From the NCBI GenBank assembly GCA_964490125.1, contig CAZBAJ010000001.1, positions 3,573-67,572 on the forward strand: a DNA stretch of 64,000 bases. Reading direction: 5' to 3'. Each line of letters opens with the position of its first letter. The stretch's first letter is position 1. The DNA comes from an uncultured Candidatus Saccharibacteria bacterium (lineage in GTDB: Bacteria; Patescibacteriota; WWE3; UBA101185; UBA10185). The position numbers were made by a program, and so were the translations under genes. Of the stretch, positions 31,167-40,436 are shown piece by piece. The notes beneath the pieces were generated by a model that saw nothing but the letters and a program-made list of their open reading frames with translations, searched no databases and was not told the DNA's origin.

Positions 31167-31718
31167 ATGAGACCACAATCAGACGGTTTTGAAGAAAAAA
31201 TAATAGAGATTAAGCGGGTTTCCAAAAAAACTAAAGGTGGAAACAAAATCAGGTTTACTGCCTTGGCGGTGGTGGGCGACAAAATAGGCAAGGTGGGTTA
31301 CGCAATGGCAAAAGCGCTAGATGTTACTACCGCAATTTCCAAAGCATTAGCACGGGCTAGGCGTGATGTTATTGCCATAACCTTAGCAGACAATACTATT
31401 CCGCACGAGGTTACCCAGTCGTACAAGTCGTCTTCGGTAAAAATGATGCCTGCACCCAAAGGTTCCGGTATTATTGCTGGTGGCGCGGTTAGAGAAGTTT
31501 TGGCGCTCTGTGGTGTTAAGGATGTGTCGGCAAAAATGCTTGGTTCTAACAATAAGCATGGTGCGGTAATTTGCACAGTCAACGCGCTCAAGAAGTTAGA
31601 AAAGAAGATTGTTAAAGTTTCTAATGTGGACAACAAAGCAGACGGGTCGACGGAAATTAAAAGTGCTAAGGAAGTTAAAGAAGTTAAAGTAAACCAAGGA
31701 GAAGGCGATGTTAAGTAG
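31167..31718 (+). CDS. rpsE: 30S ribosomal protein S5
   Basis: RVSKKTKGG, PAPKGSGIIAGG. Confidence 0.99.
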   Translation: MRPQSDGFEEKIIEIKRVSKKTKGGNKIRFTALAVVGDKIGKVGYAMAKALDVTTAISKALARARRDVIAITLADNTIPHEVTQSYKSSSVKMMPAPKGSGIIAGGAVREVLALCGVKDVSAKMLGSNNKHGAVICTVNALKKLEKKIVKVSNVDNKADGSTEIKSAKEVKEVKVNQGEGDVK

Positions 31719-32136
31719 TTTACCAAAAATTTATGGGAATAAGTCCGCCAAAAAGCGCGTTGGACGGGGTGGTGGTAGTGGAAAAGGCTTTCACACTACG
31801 GGAACAGGTCATAAAGGTCAAAATGCTAGGCGTGGTCACGGGATTCCGGTGGGTTTTGAGGGCGGTCAGGTACCGTTGTACAAAAAACTACCTAAGATCC
31901 GGGGTTTTAAAAGGTCGTACAAACAAAAACCCGCAATAGTTAATCTTAACGCGCTTGGAGCCTTTAAAGCTGGGGATCAGGTAAACCCCCAAACGCTACT
32001 GGAGAAAAAACTTATCACAAAAAAAGATCTTACCAGAGAGATTAAAATTTTAGGTGAGGGAAGTTTAACAACCAAGCTTGAGTTTAGCGGAGTCAGTTTT
32101 TCCAAGTCGGCGCAAAAAACCATAGAAAATGCTTAA
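31708..32136 (+). CDS. rplO: 50S ribosomal protein L15
   Basis: RVGRGGGSGKG, GHKGQ, FEGGQ.PL. Confidence 0.98.
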   Translation: MLSSLPKIYGNKSAKKRVGRGGGSGKGFHTTGTGHKGQNARRGHGIPVGFEGGQVPLYKKLPKIRGFKRSYKQKPAIVNLNALGAFKAGDQVNPQTLLEKKLITKKDLTREIKILGEGSLTTKLEFSGVSFSKSAQKTIENA

Positions 32137-33373
32137 AAAGAAACTTATTTTTACCTTTTTTATTATTGTCCTGTTTAGGATTTTGGCAAACATTCCTGTA
32201 CCGGGTGTTGATATTACAGCCATTAGGGCATATCTTTCTGGTAACGCGGTTTTTGGCATGTTAAACCTGTTTTCCGGCGGTGGCTTTTCTAACTTCTCCT
32301 TAATGACCCTAGGCCTTGGACCCTACATCAACGCCTCTATTATTATGCAGATTTTTACCGTCGTCATACCAAAATTAGAGGAACTTTCTAAAGAGGGTGA
32401 GTTTGGACGGGAAAAAATCAATCAGTATACTAAAATTTTAACCATTCCAATCTCGCTTTTGCAGTCGTACGGCATGTACTTTTTACTTATGAAACAAAAC
32501 ATTATTACTCCCTTGCCGGTATTAAATTTAATCGTATTTATGCTTACGCTTATGGGCGGAGCAATGCTGTTAGTTTGGCTGGGCGACTTACTAACAGAAA
32601 ACGGCATTGGTAACGGAATTTCCATGCTTATTTTTGTAGGTATTGTAGAGCGACTTCCTGCCGGCCTTTCACAATTTTACCTCATGTTAAATCCCGACAC
32701 CTTTTTAAGATCCTTACTCTTTTTGGCAGGTGCGATGGCGCTTATTTTAGGTATTGTTATGGTTAACGAGGCGGTAAGAAACATTCCGGTGGAATATGGT
32801 AGACGGGAAAGTTACAGCCAGAAAAATCCGGGGGGTGTGACTTCGTCGCTGCCTATTAAAGTCAACCAAGCGGGAGTTATACCAATAATTTTTGCAGTGT
32901 CCGTGGTTATGCTCCCGCAACTTATTGCCACACCTTTAGCTGCTTCCGGTAATGCTCTTGCAGTTCAGATTGGGAACTTTCTCCAATACAGTTTTACCAC
33001 CACATCCTTTGCCTATAACGCATTTTATTTTCTTCTGGTACTTGGTTTTACCTATTTTTATACTTCTTTCCAGTTTGACCCGGTAAAAATTGCGGACGAC
33101 ATTAAAAAGCGTGGAGGTTTTATTCCCGGCGTGCGACCGGGCAAAAACACTACGGATTATCTCCGCAAGATTATTAACCGAATTACTTTGGGTGGCGCGG
33201 TTTTTCTTGGTTCCATAGCAATTTTGCCAAATTTAGCTGGTAGTTATTTTGGTTTTGGTAATTTAGCCATTGGCGGGAGTGGGCTTTTAATTGTAGTTTC
33301 AGTTGTGTTGGAGACCGCCCGTCAGATAAAATCTGTTAAAGCCACAAAGAGTTACGAAAACTTTTTAAATTAG
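32129..33373 (+). CDS. secY: Preprotein translocase SecY
   Basis: IPVPG, LGLGPYINASII, GIGNGIS, AGVIPIIFA, FIPGVRPG. Confidence 0.99.
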   Translation: MLKKKLIFTFFIIVLFRILANIPVPGVDITAIRAYLSGNAVFGMLNLFSGGGFSNFSLMTLGLGPYINASIIMQIFTVVIPKLEELSKEGEFGREKINQYTKILTIPISLLQSYGMYFLLMKQNIITPLPVLNLIVFMLTLMGGAMLLVWLGDLLTENGIGNGISMLIFVGIVERLPAGLSQFYLMLNPDTFLRSLLFLAGAMALILGIVMVNEAVRNIPVEYGRRESYSQKNPGGVTSSLPIKVNQAGVIPIIFAVSVVMLPQLIATPLAASGNALAVQIGNFLQYSFTTTSFAYNAFYFLLVLGFTYFYTSFQFDPVKIADDIKKRGGFIPGVRPGKNTTDYLRKIINRITLGGAVFLGSIAILPNLAGSYFGFGNLAIGGSGLLIVVSVVLETARQIKSVKATKSYENFLN

Positions 33374-33388
33374 TTTAAGAAAGGATAT

Positions 33389-33652
33389 ATGTTCGACAAA
33401 TTAAAAGACCTTAACAATTTAAGAAAAGCCCAAGCGGAAATAAAAAAGGAGTTGGAGCAAATCTATGTAGAGGCAGAAAAAGCCGGTATTAAAATTTTGG
33501 TGCGGGGTGACAAGCGGGTAGAAAAGCTAGAAATTGACGGAGTTGAAAACAAAACCCTGCGCGATTTAATAAACGACACTATGAAGGATGTGGACAAAAA
33601 GGTAGAAAAGCAAATGCGTGGTCACATGGCGGATTTGGGTTTGGATATTTAA
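33389..33652 (+). CDS. YbaB/EbfC-family nucleoid-associated protein
   Basis: MFDKLK..RKAQ..KKELE..VE, short beta region, ..INDTMK.V pattern; 87 aa. Confidence 0.75.
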   Translation: MFDKLKDLNNLRKAQAEIKKELEQIYVEAEKAGIKILVRGDKRVEKLEIDGVENKTLRDLINDTMKDVDKKVEKQMRGHMADLGLDI

Positions 33653-33688
33653 CTTCTAAAACGAGATTTAGTTTATAATAGATACGCC

Positions 33689-34966
33689 ATGTACAAGAAA
33701 TCTCCTGTCATACCTTTGTTTGATGATGTCAAAATAGATCAATCGTGGTCTTTTTCTGAAAAAACAAGAAAAGAAACTGCCTATATTACCCACGGTTATC
33801 ACAGATACCCTGCAAAATTTATCCCACAAATTGTTGCCAGGCTAGCGGAAGAATATACCAAATTGGACGACCTGATTGTTGACCCCTTTGGAGGTTGTGG
33901 GACAACGCTAGTGGAATCAAAAATCATGGGTAGAAATTCCATTGGAGTGGATATTAACCCCGTAGCAGTTTTAATTACCAAGGCAAAAATTACCCCACTA
34001 GAGCCAACAAAAATAGAGAAAGAGTTTTGTCTACTTAAAGATAAGATTGACGCATACAATTTGGAAAAAGAAGTAAAAGCTCCAGAACATGAGAGAATTG
34101 ATTATTGGTTTAAGCCAGAGAATAAGCGCAAACTAGCCTTTATTTTTGCCACAATTACCAAAATAACTGATCAAGATGTCCGTGACTTTTTTATCTGTGC
34201 ATTTTCTAATATATTAAAAAGTTGCTCTATTTGGTTACAAAAAAGCAATAAGCCAACACGAGACTTACACAAAAAACCTGTCGAACCTACTCTAACATTT
34301 TACAGGCAAGTTAAGGCTATGTTGCGCGGTAACGCTCGATTCTATGAACTATTGCAACAAACCAATCGTCTAGAAACATCCAGTAAGGTCTTTTGTACCG
34401 ATGCCAGAACTATTCCTACCAAAGATGGAACCGTCGATCTAATTGTTACCTCCCCGCCCTATGTTACCTCTTATGAATACGCGGATCTTCATCAACTAAC
34501 CGCTTTGTGGCTTGAACACACTAAGGATCTAAGCGATTTTAGAAAAAGATTTATTGGTACTTCTTACCATAATAAAAAGGATTTAGTTCTAAACAGTTCT
34601 ATTGCGGAAAGTATCAGAACGGATTTATTAAAAAAGGACAGAAAAACTGCTGAAGAGGTGTCAACATATTTTAGCGAAATGAACCAAGTCTTTATTGAGA
34701 TGAAACGAATTCTTAAAAAAGGTGGCAAAACTTGTATTGTGGTAGGTAATACGAGCCTTAAGGGTGTTGAGGTGCTAAACGCCGAAGTTTTTGCCGAACA
34801 ATTACAAAACTTAGGGTTAAAAATTGTAGATATTATCAAGCGGGAGATCCCTTCAAAAAATCTTCCATCGGTTAGGGATGCGAATACTGGAAAATTTGCT
34901 AAAATAGGTCAAGAGAATAAAGTTTCCGCCTACCCAACTGAATTCATCCTAATAATGGAGAGATAA
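33689..34966 (+). CDS. Amino-DNA methyltransferase, probably N4-cytosine (motif I before motif IV)
   Basis: THGYHRYPAKFIP, DPFGGCGTT (SAM binding), VTSPPY (catalytic). Confidence 0.92.
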   Translation: MYKKSPVIPLFDDVKIDQSWSFSEKTRKETAYITHGYHRYPAKFIPQIVARLAEEYTKLDDLIVDPFGGCGTTLVESKIMGRNSIGVDINPVAVLITKAKITPLEPTKIEKEFCLLKDKIDAYNLEKEVKAPEHERIDYWFKPENKRKLAFIFATITKITDQDVRDFFICAFSNILKSCSIWLQKSNKPTRDLHKKPVEPTLTFYRQVKAMLRGNARFYELLQQTNRLETSSKVFCTDARTIPTKDGTVDLIVTSPPYVTSYEYADLHQLTALWLEHTKDLSDFRKRFIGTSYHNKKDLVLNSSIAESIRTDLLKKDRKTAEEVSTYFSEMNQVFIEMKRILKKGGKTCIVVGNTSLKGVEVLNAEVFAEQLQNLGLKIVDIIKREIPSKNLPSVRDANTGKFAKIGQENKVSAYPTEFILIMER

Positions 34967-34969
34967 AAC

Positions 34970-35665
34970 ATGATTAATTATAGCCAAAATTTTCAAGAAA
35001 TTGTGGTTCCACTCGTGAATCAATTTGCAGAAAAATACGGATACGATCAAGTGCATAAGTATTTTTTCGACATACTTGATGACACAAAAGATAGATATCA
35101 ATTAGCTTGTCAAAAAGACAAAGGTCAAAGTTGGAGAAATGAAAGCGGAACAATGTTAGAAAATATGGTCATATATTTTATACAAGAAGAGGTTAAAAAA
35201 ATGGGTTATGACTTAGTGTCCGACGAACAGATAAAAAAGGCGTCTCAAGGTGATGGAATAATGAGTAAGGTGTACCGTAATATAGTCGTCCGTTATGGGG
35301 ATTACTTAGTTATTCCTGATGGAGATATTGTTATTTATAAACCTAGTGATGGGAATGTGGTAGCTATCATCTCTTGTAAAAACTCTTTGCGGGAGCGGTA
35401 TGCTCAATCTCTATACTGGAAACTCAAACTTTCGCTAGATCCAATAACAAAACCAATCAAGATGTATTTTATAACGATAGACAAAGAGAAAGGCAAAAAA
35501 CCTGAATTGGATATTAACAGCAAAAACGGTCGCCCTACAAAATCAAGAATTTTATTGGAACATGAGATGGACGGTGTCTATGTTGGTAGAGAGTTAAAGG
35601 ATACCAGCGATAAAATAAAAGAATTCAATAAATTTATCGATGATTTGAGAAAGCTACTGAAATAA
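34970..35665 (+). CDS. Type II restriction endonuclease, BsaWI/CCGG-family-like
   Basis: PD-(D/E)XK-type IPDGDIV...IISCKNSLRERYAQ with R(D/E)R motif; lies between two MTases. Confidence 0.8.
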   Translation: MINYSQNFQEIVVPLVNQFAEKYGYDQVHKYFFDILDDTKDRYQLACQKDKGQSWRNESGTMLENMVIYFIQEEVKKMGYDLVSDEQIKKASQGDGIMSKVYRNIVVRYGDYLVIPDGDIVIYKPSDGNVVAIISCKNSLRERYAQSLYWKLKLSLDPITKPIKMYFITIDKEKGKKPELDINSKNGRPTKSRILLEHEMDGVYVGRELKDTSDKIKEFNKFIDDLRKLLK

Positions 35666-35669
35666 ATCA

Positions 35670-36068
35670 ATGGAGCAACTACTTTTACAACTTGGATTAG
35701 GGATTACCTCAAATGTTATCTACGATCTTATAAAGGATTTTTTCTCTAAAAATCCCAAAGCAGACAAATCGCAACTACAAAATAGATTAGCCTCTTTTCT
35801 TAATATTCAAAACGCCAATGTAGTGGCAGATAGCATCATTACCTTTTTAGCTAAGAATGGGGATATAAGAATTGAGGGAACAAGTATTTATGCGAACGAC
35901 TCTATATCGATGTTTTCATCGCAAAATACAAAATTTACTTTCGGTAACACTAGCTCAAGTACAACAAAAAATACACGAATCGAAATTGGTGGTGGTGCCT
36001 TTATTCAAGGACAGTGCGGTGCGGGTGTGAAACAGAATAAGGATGGAAGTATGGTTTTTTATGCTTAA
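35670..36068 (+). CDS. Hypothetical protein within RM cassette
   Basis: 132-aa ORF tightly packed between REase and second MTase; no motif recognised. Confidence 0.7.
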   Translation: MEQLLLQLGLGITSNVIYDLIKDFFSKNPKADKSQLQNRLASFLNIQNANVVADSIITFLAKNGDIRIEGTSIYANDSISMFSSQNTKFTFGNTSSSTTKNTRIEIGGGAFIQGQCGAGVKQNKDGSMVFYA

Positions 36069-36070
36069 TT

Positions 36071-36742
36071 ATGGAAATTGAATCAACAACACTTTGGGAT
36101 TTTCCCAAACAAAATTATGGAGGTATCCCTCATGGGGATAACAAATACAATGGGGTTACGCCTGCCCAGGTAATATGGAATTTACTGCAGAGATACACTA
36201 AAGAGGGTGATTTAGTTGTGGATCCTATGTGCGGGAGTGGTACAACCATCGATGTTGCTAAAGAATTAAATAGAAAGGTAATTGGTTACGATCTAAATGT
36301 TACAAGGTCCGATGTCATTAAAAACGACTCTCGTAAAATACCTCTTGAAAATAATTCCGTGGATTTTGTTTTTATTGATTCGCCTTATTCCGACAATATT
36401 AATTATTCCGCTAATAAAGAATGTATTGGCAAAATATCCTGTGAGAAAACGGAATTTTATGATGAATTAGAAAAAGTTGCTGAGGAAATCCATAGGATAT
36501 TAAAGCCTGGGAAAGTAATGGGTTGGGTTATTGCAGATCAATGGGTTAAAAAGAAATTTACTCCCGTTGGATTTTTACTGTGGCAAAGGTTAGAAAAATA
36601 TTTTGAACCAGTCGATCTGATTTGTTTAACAAGAAAGAACCAAACCTCTAATACACCTGTCTGGCATGAGAGGGCACGCTTATACAATTTTTATCTGCGT
36701 GGATTTAAATATCTGTTTATTATGAGAAAAGTAAAACAATGA
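36071..36742 (+). CDS. Small amino-DNA methyltransferase
   Basis: TTLWDFP, DPMCGSGTT, FIDSPY. Confidence 0.9.
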   Translation: MEIESTTLWDFPKQNYGGIPHGDNKYNGVTPAQVIWNLLQRYTKEGDLVVDPMCGSGTTIDVAKELNRKVIGYDLNVTRSDVIKNDSRKIPLENNSVDFVFIDSPYSDNINYSANKECIGKISCEKTEFYDELEKVAEEIHRILKPGKVMGWVIADQWVKKKFTPVGFLLWQRLEKYFEPVDLICLTRKNQTSNTPVWHERARLYNFYLRGFKYLFIMRKVKQ

Positions 36743-37350
36743 AAATTTTATTACTAGGTCCACAAGGTTGCGGAAAAGGAACAATTGGGCAGATGCTTGC
36801 CGAGCGGATGGGGATTCCTTTGCTTTCTGTGGGGGAAATGTTGCGGTCGGTGGAGATGTCGTCCCAGTATTATCAAAAAGTCCAAGAAGACACTAAAAAC
36901 GGCGTTTTGGTGGCGGAAGAAATTGTTGTCGCTCTGCTAAAAGAGGAGCTTGCTAAAGAAAAGTATAAAAATGGGGTTATTTTTGACGGATGGTGCAGGC
37001 GAATGAGTGATCTTGAGGCGTTTGATCCGGGTTTTGATTTTGTAATCGTGCTTGAACTGTCGCGCGAGACCTCTATTAAAAGAATCAGTGGGCGTAGGCT
37101 ATGCCAGGTTGACGGAAAAACCTATAACATTTTAACTTTGCCCAAAGAGGAACTGGCAAAATGTCCAGGCAGGTTAATTCAGCGGGAGGACGACACGGAA
37201 GAAGCGGTAAAAAAGCGGTTAGAAATTTATTACACGCAGACGCAGGAAGTCGTGGATTATTTTGACAAGTTGGGCAGGACAATTCATATTAACGCCGAAC
37301 CTTTGCCGGGTGTCATTTTTACGGATTTGATTAATAAATTAGGAGAATAA
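36739..37350 (+). CDS. adk: Adenylate kinase
   Basis: GPQGCGKGT, RISGRR, QREDD. Confidence 0.96.
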   Translation: MKILLLGPQGCGKGTIGQMLAERMGIPLLSVGEMLRSVEMSSQYYQKVQEDTKNGVLVAEEIVVALLKEELAKEKYKNGVIFDGWCRRMSDLEAFDPGFDFVIVLELSRETSIKRISGRRLCQVDGKTYNILTLPKEELAKCPGRLIQREDDTEEAVKKRLEIYYTQTQEVVDYFDKLGRTIHINAEPLPGVIFTDLINKLGE

Positions 37351-37396
37351 CTTAACCTCTTGAAATCGACTATAAAAATTGGTATATTCCTTACCT

Positions 37397-37846
37397 ATGG
37401 TAGTTGATATTAAGCTTTTTGACATATGGAATGTATTAAAGAAAAAGATACACCAAAGAATTGATGTTAGGTATTTTAGAGAAGGACAGATTTGGTGGTG
37501 CTACATTGGGCAGAATGTCGGATCCGAAACCTATGGTAAAGGTGATAAATTTATCCGCCCAGTGTTGATTTTTAGAAAACTATCTCCAAATCTATTTTTA
37601 GGAATACCCATTACTAGCAAAGATAGATCTGGTAGTTGGTATAGTTTGTTAACGAGTAAATCTACTAAACAGGTTGCTATGTTATATCAGGCAAGGGTGA
37701 TGGATCGCAAAAGGCTTTCTAATCGAATGATGGAAATATCGGAAAAGGAAATGGAGAGGTTAGAGGTCGACCTTATTAGTCTTTGGTCCAGGGGGAAATA
37801 TTCACCCCGCCTTACGGCGGGGATCAAAGGGTTACCCCTAAAGTAA
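37397..37846 (+). CDS. PemK/MazF-family endoribonuclease toxin with no protein antitoxin
   Basis: EGQIWW..IGQNVGSE..GKG..F.RPVLI, GIPITS, QARVMDRKRL; own promoter TTGAAA(37360)-17-TATATT(37383). Confidence 0.9.
   Translation: MVVDIKLFDIWNVLKKKIHQRIDVRYFREGQIWWCYIGQNVGSETYGKGDKFIRPVLIFRKLSPNLFLGIPITSKDRSGSWYSLLTSKSTKQVAMLYQARVMDRKRLSNRMMEISEKEMERLEVDLISLWSRGKYSPRLTAGIKGLPLK
37785..37845 (-). ncRNA. Putative small structured RNA antisense to the 3' end of the pemK-like gene
   Basis: Downstream of a minus-strand TTGACA-17-TACAAT; hairpins GGG-GUAA-CCC and CCCCGCC-GUAA-GGCGGGG, both with GNRA loops; 3' end approximate. Confidence 0.6.
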
Positions 37847-37850
37847 GAAT

Positions 37851-37879
37851 ATTGTATGCTAAGTAGGTGTTTTTGTCAA
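37851..37879 (-). promoter_or_regulatory. Near-consensus sigma70 promoter on the minus strand, opposing the operon
   Basis: TTGACA (37879-37874), 17-nt spacer, TACAAT (37856-37851). Confidence 0.8.
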
Positions 37880-37887
37880 AATAATTT

Positions 37888-38622
37888 ATGATCCTTATTA
37901 AATCGTCACAAGAAATAGAGGCCATGTTAGAAAGTGGCAAAATTGCCAGAAAAGCCATAGACGAGGCGGTTAAGCAGGCACGGGTTGGAATGACGACTAT
38001 GGAGCTTAACAATTTGGCGGAAAAAGTCATTGTAGACGCCGGGGGTAAGCCGTGTTTTAAAGGCTTTGAGGGCTTTCCCACCGCTACCTGTATAAATATT
38101 AACGAAGGCATTGTCCACGGTCTGCCGGGAAAATATCAAATGAAGTCTGGGGATATAGTAAGCGTAGATTTAGGCGTTTTATACAAAGGTATGTATAGCG
38201 ATGTATCAGAGTCGTTTGAGCTAGAAACCAACCTCCAAAAACGGTTTCTCTACTTTGGTAGAAAAGCATTGGAACTTGCCATCGAGTCCTGCGTCATAGG
38301 CAACCACATTGGGGATATTTCCTACGCCATCCAGTCCACCTTAAAACACGCCGGTTACACAGTTACCAAAGATTTAGCAGGTCATGGCGTGGGTCGGGAG
38401 CTTCATGAGGATCCGTATGTAGAATGCTTTGGTCGACGCGGAAAGGGGCATGAAATCAAGGAAAACATGACTTTTGCTATAGAAGTTATCTACCAAAAAG
38501 GTCGACCAGAATTAAAGTTAGATAAGGACGGCTGGACATTAAAGACCGCGGATGGTAGTCTTGCAGGACTTTTTGAAAAGAGCGTGGCGGTAACAAGGCA
38601 AGGACCACTTGTTTTAACCTGA
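37888..38622 (+). CDS. map: Methionine aminopeptidase type I
   Basis: [26 protein letters not shown]; adk-map-infA context. Confidence 0.97.
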   Translation: MILIKSSQEIEAMLESGKIARKAIDEAVKQARVGMTTMELNNLAEKVIVDAGGKPCFKGFEGFPTATCININEGIVHGLPGKYQMKSGDIVSVDLGVLYKGMYSDVSESFELETNLQKRFLYFGRKALELAIESCVIGNHIGDISYAIQSTLKHAGYTVTKDLAGHGVGRELHEDPYVECFGRRGKGHEIKENMTFAIEVIYQKGRPELKLDKDGWTLKTADGSLAGLFEKSVAVTRQGPLVLT

Positions 38623-38648
38623 TAAGTCTGGTAAAATCTTGCGGTTGC

Positions 38649-38861
38649 ATGAGTAAAGAGCTAGTTACAAAGGACGGAATAGTTAGGGAAGCCCTTCAGG
38701 GCGGACTTTTCCGTGTAGAGTTGCAGGACGGGACCTTAATTTTAGCGGTACTTTCGGGCAAAACCCGCAAGTTTCACATAAGGATACTTCCAGGCGACAG
38801 AGTCAAAATGGAGTTTTCTCCTCACGACTTAACCAGAGGAAGGATTTCTTACCGACTTTAG
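38649..38861 (+). CDS. infA: Translation initiation factor IF-1
   Basis: [28 protein letters not shown]. Confidence 0.98.
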   Translation: MSKELVTKDGIVREALQGGLFRVELQDGTLILAVLSGKTRKFHIRILPGDRVKMEFSPHDLTRGRISYRL

Positions 38862-38904
38862 AAGTCGACCAAAAGAATAAGTAGAGGAAAGAAACAAACT
38901 TGAT

Positions 38905-39021
38905 ATGAAAGTTAGAGCGTCAGTTAAAAAAATGTGTAGGGACTGCAAAGTTATAAAGCGCAAAGGCGTTATTAGGGTGGTATGTAAAAGAAACCCTAAG
39001 CATAAGCAGAGGCAAGGTTAA
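38905..39021 (+). CDS. rpmJ: 50S ribosomal protein L36 (not in ORF track)
   Basis: Manual translation [38 protein letters not shown]. Confidence 0.98.
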   Translation: MKVRASVKKMCRDCKVIKRKGVIRVVCKRNPKHKQRQG

Positions 39022-39023
39022 TT

Positions 39024-39413
39024 ATGGCACGACTTGTTGGGGTGGACATCCCAAATCAAAAGCGACTTGAGGCAAGTTTGCAGTATATTTACGGCGTAGG
39101 CGCAACTTTGGCTAAGAAGATTGTTGCCACCGCCCAAATGAGTCCGAATATTAGAGTGTCACAACTTACGGAAGCCGACTTAGCAAAGTTAAGAAACGCT
39201 ATTACGGAATTAAAAATTCCAGTTGAGGGAGAGTTAAGGCGGGTAGTTGGTCAAAATGTTAGACGGCTTCAGGAAATTAAAAGTTACCGGGGCGATAGAC
39301 ATAAAAAGGGTTTGCCAGTAAGAGGTCAACGGACTAGAACTAACGCGAGAATTAGAAAAGGTAAAAAGAAGACGGTTGGCGGAATTAAGAAGAAATCGGC
39401 AGCCAAGACTTAA
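39024..39413 (+). CDS. rpsM: 30S ribosomal protein S13
   Basis: MARLVGVDIP, YIYGVG, GLPVRGQRTRTNAR. Confidence 0.99.
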   Translation: MARLVGVDIPNQKRLEASLQYIYGVGATLAKKIVATAQMSPNIRVSQLTEADLAKLRNAITELKIPVEGELRRVVGQNVRRLQEIKSYRGDRHKKGLPVRGQRTRTNARIRKGKKKTVGGIKKKSAAKT

Positions 39414-39439
39414 CGATGTTAGCAATGATCTAAAAAACT

Positions 39440-39814
39440 ATGGCAAGAAAAGCACAAAAAAAGCAAATACCGCAAAGTGGCAAAGCCTACATTGTAACGG
39501 GGTTTAATAACACTATTGTTACTTTAACGGATCTTAACGGCAACGCGCTTTTTTCCGGCAGTGCTGGAGGCGTAGGTTTTAAGGGGTCCAGAAAACCCAC
39601 CCCGTACGCGGCTACCAAAGCAGTAGAAGAAACAGCCAAACGGGCTTATGATGCAGGTCTTAAAGAAGTTGCGGTTTTTGTAAAAGGCGCAGGAGCGGGA
39701 CGGGTTGCCGGTATTAAAGCCTTAAAGACCGCGGGTTTGCGGGTAACGGCAATTTCCGACATTACGCCAGTACCGCACAATGGTTGTAGGCCAAAGCATA
39801 AGAGGAAGGTTTAA
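39440..39814 (+). CDS. rpsK: 30S ribosomal protein S11
   Basis: FNNTIVTLTD, GFKGSRK.TPYAA, DITPVPHNGCRP. Confidence 0.99.
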   Translation: MARKAQKKQIPQSGKAYIVTGFNNTIVTLTDLNGNALFSGSAGGVGFKGSRKPTPYAATKAVEETAKRAYDAGLKEVAVFVKGAGAGRVAGIKALKTAGLRVTAISDITPVPHNGCRPKHKRKV

Positions 39815-39823
39815 GTACTAAAT

Positions 39824-40426
39824 ATGTCAAGATACACAGAAGCAAAATGTAGACTATGTAGACGGGAGGGCGCCAAGCTCTACTTAAAGGGTATTAGGTG
39901 TGAAAGCGAAAAGTGCGCTTTTAATAAACGCCAGCAAGCTCCCGGTCAACACGGTACTTCCCGCAGAAGACTTTCCACCTACGGACTCCAGCTTAGAGAA
40001 AAACAAAAAGCCAAAAGAATTTACGGCATTTTAGAAAAACAATTTGCCAGTTATGTAGCCAAAGCTATGAAGACCAAGGGCGTAACCGGTGAAGAACTTT
40101 TACGCCTGTTAGAATTGCGCTTTGACAATATGGTTTACCGGGCGGGCTTTGCCGTATCACGGGCGCAGGCAAGACAGTATATCCGCAGGAACTTTTTTAC
40201 AATTAACGGAAAAGTGTGTAATATTCCATCCGCGCAGTTAAAGTCAGGGTATACTATTAAGCCGGTCGACTTTAGTAAGCTGTCGCCCAGAGAAGGTTTT
40301 ACCTTACCGGAGTGGCTAACTGCCGATCTTAAACAAAAGTCTATTACTTTAGCCAGACTTCCGGAAACAGAAGATCTGCCTAGCGATTTTAATGTCCAAA
40401 TGATTGTTGAATTTTATTCCAGATAA
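39824..40426 (+). CDS. rpsD: 30S ribosomal protein S4
   Basis: CRLCRREG, QLREKQK, LELRFDNMVYR, IVEFYSR. Confidence 0.99.
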   Translation: MSRYTEAKCRLCRREGAKLYLKGIRCESEKCAFNKRQQAPGQHGTSRRRLSTYGLQLREKQKAKRIYGILEKQFASYVAKAMKTKGVTGEELLRLLELRFDNMVYRAGFAVSRAQARQYIRRNFFTINGKVCNIPSAQLKSGYTIKPVDFSKLSPREGFTLPEWLTADLKQKSITLARLPETEDLPSDFNVQMIVEFYSR

Positions 40427-40436
40427 GGAGGAATTT

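Noticed and set aside
37824-38111. 95-aa minus-strand ORF that could be taken as the PemK antitoxin
   Set aside because: It is the antisense shadow of map and starts upstream of the reverse promoter, so that promoter cannot transcribe it.
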